Shown in pieces: positions 57,673 through 64,000 of a stretch of 64,000 nt of DNA (positions within the stretch are counted from its first letter, which is position 1; each line of letters opens with the position of its first letter). Below the pieces are notes generated by a model that saw only the letters and a program-made list of their open reading frames with translations, searched no databases and was not told the DNA's origin. Source of the stretch: Amphiscolops sp. MND2022 (taxonomy: Eukaryota); NCBI GenBank assembly GCA_964187785.1, contig OZ076409.1:32924001-32988000 (forward strand), in the 5' to 3' direction. The position numbers were made by a program, and so were the translations under genes.

Positions 57673-60600
57673 TTGATTCCATTTAACAACATGTTTAGCC
57701 AAAAGTTCCTGGTGATGACCGGTTGCTTTGTACTTTTGGTAATGAATGTCTTTGATGACGTCACGGTTCTTAATCCTGTTAATATTCAAACGGATGGGTT
57801 GAAATTGAGAGGAAAATTAACTGTCAACAAAATCGACAAATTGAAGAAAGACTCGTTTTCCAAAAAGTTTTTGAGTTTTTTGTATCAACAATTTATTCTC
57901 AGATCTAGGGATGTCGAATTAAACCCTGGCACTTTGACCAAATACAAAGATCTGATACAACACTTCACTGAAAAGTCGACACATTTGAAATTATTGTCAA
58001 ATGAATTGTCAAAGTCGCCTAGAAGAAACACTTGATCAACGTAAGTTATAACTCTCACAAAGCCCTATACATTGATTTTTTAGAAGAACTTTGGGACTGT
58101 ATTGAGCTAGCCATAGTTGAAAACAAGCCAATCACACTCATGGGGGATTATAATATCGACTATTTGAATGAATGAGAACAAAATTGTCTGGGTACAGCCA
58201 TTCTGCCATACGGTCTCAGAAAACTGAATACAAATATACCTACCAGAGTTAAAGACGACTTCAAAACATTGATTGACTTACATCATAACTGATCTAAACC
58301 ATTCCGAAAACTTAGTATTATCATATCCGATACACCTCTTAGAGCACAGAAAAACAAACCAATTGACCATTTTGCAACAACCACCATAACGGATATCAAA
58401 ATCAAAAGACGCACAATTGTTACGATCAAAGAAATATTTGATAAAATAAAATATTCAAAAGAATTTTTCAACATACAGTTGCTTATAGCGAATGGGGTAA
58501 TTTTTACAATCAAACTTGTCCCGAGGGAATGTTCACAGCTTTTGTAAATGTATTTGAGGCAGCCTTGAAAAAGAGTGTTCCAAAAAAGTCTTCATTCGAA
58601 TTGATAAAAGTGATATAACAGTTCATCGAAAGTGGAAAACAAAACTCGTAAACTTTATCGTGAAAAGAACAGACGAATGAAACCAACAGACGATAGATAT
58701 GAGTGGCTTCGCGCAATAAGTTCGGTTTACTAAGTTCGAATTTGAACTAGTGCAATAAGTACGAATGGAATAGTTTCGAATTTTCATATCGGGCATATCC
58801 GGTGTAAACTGGACATCCTTCACACAAGATCCTGAGATCTTCACCGCCTAGGATCTAAAGGAATCTAGGCTTCGCAATCTCCGTTCCCGCTAGGTCTTTG
58901 CTCCTGTTCGATCTTACTTGGCAAGATGGGAACATAAGCGGCCCCAAGGGGCCGCAGGACACTAGATGAAATGGGGAAATATCAGAGGCACGTTTTATAC
59001 TTAGTTCAAAATTCAAACACAGTAATTCGAACTGGTTCCGGTTTTTGGAAAAATCGAACTTAGTCCATTCGAAATTAAAATTCCATCTTATACGTTCGAT
59101 TTTATTACCGTGCCCATATGAGTTTTTGCAACGGATTTGTCTAGAACGACTAAACTATGACCGAATAGACCTTTTACAACAGAGGTTTTCTAAGCAGCAA
59201 AGTGAAAAGAAAAAGTGGAATTTCATCATTGAGGTCAGAAATTCCAAACGAACAAAAACAGAAATAGACACTCTCCAAAACTCCTTCGGTGATATTATCG
59301 AGGACCAGAAACAAAGTGCAAACCTATTAAACTATCGAATTTGGAAGTAAGGTGACTATTTAGGTATATCATCTATAAACGACAAATCTTTTATAAACGC
59401 CAGAAACACATTTTAATGATGAAATTTTCAACTTTCAACCCATCAGTCTTTTCGCTTGTAAAAAATTTCTGAAGGAGCTCAACATTCGGAAACCTCTGGG
59501 TCCGTCCAACATTCCGGCATGGGCTCGAAGGTTTGTTCAAATATCCTCGCCGAACCTCTATGCTTTCTTATCAATGCTGTCATCACCGAAGGAAATTTTC
59601 CCCAGCACTTGAAAAGAGCTCATATTACTCCCATTTTAAAAAAGGTAATTCAGAAGACCCCAAAAATTACAGACCGCTATCGATTACTAATGCACCATCG
59701 AAGACATTTGAAAAAGTTTTAAAGGAGCAAATACATCAAATCTTAGAAAAACACAATCTTTTGAGTCCTTCACAGTTTGGTTTCCGGGAAAAGTTTTCAA
59801 CAACTGATGCCTTATTATGTGCTACTGAACACATACGAAATGCCATAGACTCAAAATAGTTTGAGTTCATTGATCAGTCTCTGCTGCGTTCATTGATCTC
59901 TCCAACACATTTGACTCCATGTGTCATGAAATTCTAATAGAGAAATTGAATAGTATGAATTTCGGTGATAAAGCCATATCAATGATAAAAACAAATCTTC
60001 AAAATCGGATAAAAAATGCCATTCTTCCATCTTGTTCTTCCGACTGGATCAAATTATATCAGGGTGTACCACAAGGCACTATAATGTGTCCCCTTTCTTT
60101 CAACATTTTTGTTGACTTTTAGAGATCCTGTGTACAGAGACCAACATAGCTTGTACAGTCTGCGGACGATACCTTTCTATATTCAGCAATTGGAAATATG
60201 GAACAATCCATAAAATATCTTGAAACCAATACAAAAAACGTGACACTTTTCTTTGGAATACACCACCTGAACAAAAACGCTGACAAAACAGAGTTTATGA
60301 TTTTTTGTAAAAAGTAACATAATCATATAGCTAATCATCGTCAATTGAAAAAGAAAGATGAATTCATTTAACAATCCAAACCTGCAAAATATTTAGGCGT
60401 TTATCTAGAACAAAACTTGACATATCAAATGGAACTGCAAAACATCCTCCGTAAAATGGCTACATGTATAAAAAACTTGTATTCTATCCGGAACATCCTA
60501 ACTGAAAAAAACACGTCTTCTACTGCTGAATTCACTAGTTCTAAGTCATCTCAATTACTCTTCTATTTTGATAAATGGTATCTTGCAGAATTTTCGGTTG

Positions 60601-61075
60601 ATTTTAGATAATTAACTAGGCTGGGCTGTGAAAACTTGCTTTCACAAGACGAAATACGATTCATCGAGAGATCTCAAGTTAAAATATAAATTTTCCCTTT
60701 GGGTCTCTTTTTGGACTTGAAAGCTGTTCTTTATTTCTGGAAATATCAAATTGATTTACTACCGGCCTTTGAACAACAATAAAGAACAACTGCAAAACTT
60801 AAGATACTCAGAAGGTCAAATTTTTTGGTTTATGATTCAATAACTAATAGCAGCTACTTGACCCACAGCTTTTTCAAAAAATTGTTCCCTTGTGGAACAT
60901 CCTTCCTTCTGAATTAAAAACAGAAAAATGGACGTATGATACTATCAAAACTAAATTCAAGACTTTTTCCAAGACAAATTTAAACATCAAAATGACACAC
61001 CACAATTTGCACAATTTGACAAGATATGTTGGACGGAGTACCGGTTTCTTTGTTTTCATTTTAAAATATTATTAA
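57673..61075 (+). mobile_element. Degenerate CR1/L2-group LINE ORF2 (2A-like peptide, APE endonuclease, RT)
   Basis: ILRSRDVELNPG; APE motifs LMGDYNID, PTRV...TLIDYII, IDH; RT motifs KNYRPLSI, QFGFR, FIDLSNTFD, GVPQG, QSADDT, KYLGVYL; C-terminal LWNILP. Confidence 0.88.
58705..59115. mobile_element. Non-autonomous DNA transposon (MITE, 411 bp) inserted in the LINE
   Basis: 8-bp direct repeat ATATGAGT at 58697-58704 and 59116-59123; imperfect GG.../...CC terminal inverted repeats; internal inverted ACTAAGTTCGA/TCGAACTTAGT. Confidence 0.7.
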
Positions 61076-61389
61076 TTATTTCGGTGTAAGTTGTTATATA
61101 CTTTTCAATTTGAACTTGTACACTGCTTTTTATAAGGCAAGCTTTTTATTCTTATTTATAAAGGAGATTCAGAGTTTTTTAATACTCTTCCGTTTGGAGT
61201 CGTTACTGTATGGTTTGTGCTCGACATAGCTAATTGTAGTTTATCGGAACATGCACTTTCAAATTTGTTTCGTTGTTGTTTTTTCTCTAAGAACAAAAAA
61301 GGACAGATACTAACTCCTTTTGGGTTTTTCTTCGGCTTCATTGGCAGCTGGTCAGACACATCGCCAGCTTCACTAAATGAACATATTAT

Positions 61390-63270
61390 CTAAACAGTTA
61401 TCTGCTTCACTAAACAGTTATCTGGTTTAGCTGAAACGGAACGTTTTGTTACCTTTTCTATTTTATCAAGGTTTAGTAAGTTGCTTATCTCCGTATTTGG
61501 TTTTCTGCTGTTGTGGAGTTCGAAAGCAGACTTTCCAGTCGTGTGTGAGGATTTTTTCCCATTACGTCCAGTGTCATACCCAGGGAGGAAAACGTAAAAT
61601 CGACGGTTGTTTTCTGTGATTGGTCCAATGAAATCCAATTGGATTTCTTCGTTTGGCTCATCTAACCGAGGGAGATTATTCGTTTCCGTGTTCGGTATAT
61701 CAGGCTTAAAATTCTTACCGGACAATTTGCAGGGGATGCATGACTCGCACTTCTTTTGGATTTCCTCGGTCGTTTTTGGCCACAAGTGTCGTGCTGCGAT
61801 TGTCATCTTATTGAAGACAGGATGGACCGTGTGTAACAGGCTGATGATGGTTGTTCGGAGGTTCTTCGGGACGATGATTTCGTCCTCGATGAGGACCAGA
61901 CCGAACCGGCTTGACAACGTCTTCTTGTGGGGCTGATATTCGTCCGGTATTATATCGTGTTGTTGGCGATTGAGACAAACCAAGGTTTTCAGCCGAATCG
62001 GGTCATTGGTAGTCTGGGTCATCGATAATTGCATGTCTGTTGAAAAGTTCTTCTCAGGTTCTCTTACAGCATGTTCAAGATCCCAGTTGTTGTCTTCTTG
62101 AGCTACGATTTTTGGACATGTCCCATCTTGACATTATGCACGCTTTTCACCCCGACATAGCGTCCCCAATTTTTTGCGGGGACTTCCAGGATGGACGGGT
62201 GTAGGTCTGTTTTGGAGTCGATCTCGCGTTCTTCCATCGGCATTGGGGCGTATTGTTCGAGGCCCGTTGGGGCTGACGATGGTCCGGGCATAGTATGTTG
62301 TTGGGCCGGTGTTGGTCGATCCATTTCACAAAAGGAGTGTGGAAGCCTCCGCTGAGTTGGGGACCGATTTTCTGTCGTAGGTCACCTTGTTCTCGGCCTC
62401 GAATATTTTGTAATCTTTCTTCGGTTACTCCTCTTTCGTTTTTCAGAAAGTTCGGTTCGTGGTATTTTTCCACTTTCCGCAATGAATACCGGGCTTCACA
62501 ATTTCCTTCCATCTTTGGATCATTTCTGTAGTTTCTACAGATGAATCCACAGCTGCGAGACTGTCAATTGTTTTAGCATCCATTTTATGATTGGTTCTTT
62601 TTCATGATTTGCAATTTTGAAGAGTTGCGTGTGAATGTTGTGTTGTTAAGGCAATCAATTGCGGCTTTGACGGTTTGCTTGCGCGCGCCTTGTGACCGTG
62701 GTTTGTTGTTTGCTTTGCGTTCGTTTTTGTCCTTTGTCCGTTTCGCTCTCTGATTGGTTGACGTGGTTGCTAAGGCAACAGTGTTTGGAAATGAACTTGT
62801 AATGCGGTAACATGTTGTTGATGACATATTCTTCTTCGTACGCATCGTCCGTTTGCGACGGCAATGACGGATTCCTGATCAATACGTGAAGGCTAAATGT
62901 TTGGCTGCGATATGGTTTACATCAATAATGAAATGTGCTAATCGGTCCAGCCATCTTGTTAGCCGTGCGCTATATTATTTATTAGATCGGTTTCTTTTAA
63001 TATCTGGTTCTAAAGCGTGATTGTCCGAGAGTAGTTTAATCGGTTTACCGTTCAGCTTGCGAAACCGATTGGTTTTACTGATTGTTGCACCGAGGCCTTT
63101 CATACTGGCGTCAGTTGTTGTCACGTTCAGCTTATTTGAATTGTGGTGAGCCAGTCACGGTATCTCCGTCATCTCCTGTATGAGATTATCAAATGCTTGT
63201 GTATGTTCTTCCGTCCATAGCCATTACTTGTCCTTCTTTAAGAGGTGCCTTGGGCTGTCCGTTTGTCGGA
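61390..63270 (-). pseudogene. pol: Degraded Ty3/Gypsy pol relic (RNase H and integrase)
   Basis: TTTDASMKGLGA, LLSDNHALEP, RLTRWLDRLAHF; LHTVHP...WPK...CESCIPC; EIQLDFIGP. Confidence 0.8.
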
Positions 63271-63378
63271 TTTGTAATGAATCTAATCCGGAGTGTAAAA
63301 TCTTTTTTGCACAAACGGATCCTTTTTAGTAAAAGCTAAAACTCTTACCGAAGGAGCTGCGCTTGCAAAGCGTGCAAA

Positions 63379-64000
63379 CTAACTGAAGGAGCTTGTATTA
63401 CCTAAAGTGCTCTGCAAGTTTTGATGTTGATTTGTTGTAATGCATTCATATTCCAAGAGCTTATTTGTAATTGCCACAATTTGTTCACTAAGCATAGGAT
63501 TATCATTACCTCCTACTTTTTCAAAATAAAGTGTTTTTAATTGATCTACAAGCTCATCTGGATCTGATGGTAGGGAAACAAACAGTTTTAATCTACTTCC
63601 TACTTGGGGTTGAAGTAAGTGTTTAATGAAATTATGTCTATTTGATTTTTTATCTCCATAGTTTAAATCGTAATTCATATCACGTAAAAGATTATATTTC
63701 ATACCTATGTTTTTAGTGATATCGTGTTGTGTATTAGTTATGAAATTTGAAAGATCCGGATCATTTAATTTATACATGTTGTTATTGCTTACGGAAGTTA
63801 GTGTTGAACCTTTAATTAGTACTTGTTGGGGATTATGGGGGTTAATTATGAATAAATTTGGATTACCTTCACCAAATTTAGTAACAGGTTCTAAACTAAA
63901 TTGACTTTTTTTATCATTAAGCAAATTAGAAACTGTCTTAACGATACTAGAATCAACTTGGTTGGAATTAACAAGACTCGCAAGAAGCTGAACATTACGA
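63379..64000 (-). CDS. Polinton/adintovirus-like hypothetical protein (open to the window edge)
   Basis: The frame stays open from 64000 to 63379. The C-terminal motif LPSDPDELVDQLKTLYFEKVGGNDNPMLSEQIVAITNKLLE resembles a DPxELxxRL...GN...EIxxI motif I recall from Polinton/Maverick-associated proteins. Confidence 0.5.
   Translation of the reverse strand, partial: RNVQLLASLVNSNQVDSSIVKTVSNLLNDKKSQFSLEPVTKFGEGNPNLFIINPHNPQQVLIKGSTLTSVSNNNMYKLNDPDLSNFITNTQHDITKNIGMKYNLLRDMNYDLNYGDKKSNRHNFIKHLLQPQVGSRLKLFVSLPSDPDELVDQLKTLYFEKVGGNDNPMLSEQIVAITNKLLEYECITTNQHQNLQSTLGNTSSFS

Overview
Eukaryotic (probably invertebrate animal) DNA made almost entirely of nested, mostly decayed transposable elements. 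I found no rRNA, tRNA, CRISPR array or clear host gene. (A) 1-14600: a large Ty3/Gypsy LTR retrotransposon whose 5' LTR lies outside the window. After gag-pol it carries long, still open extra ORFs: an AT-hook plus two tandem TARG1/OARD1-like macrodomains (6852-8561), then a 496 aa and 922 aa pair behind a splice acceptor, the second with a degenerate SGNH-hydrolase-like fold. (B) 20863-37818, completed at 55509, and (C) 37819-55503: two related Gypsy elements with about 2.1-2.3 kb LTRs. C is inserted into the last bases of B's 3' LTR, and both 5-bp TSDs can be read (CCTCT, CCAAC). Both elements show the same unusual plan: gag starts inside the LTR and reads through a tRNA-Leu-like PBS, an A-AAA-AAC gag/pol slippery site follows, then a large antisense, apparently intron-containing gene with a C2H2/BED-like finger and hAT-transposase-like features, and a divergent sense ORF that runs into the 3' LTR. 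Three kb-scale tandem duplications lie in this nest. The rest holds CR1/L2-like LINE relics (one with a 2A-like peptide and an inserted MITE), a foldback minisatellite, a hairpin-ended short repeat, a Gypsy pol relic and a Polinton/adintovirus-like ORF at the right edge. All domain calls are from visual motif recognition and need HMM or structure confirmation.
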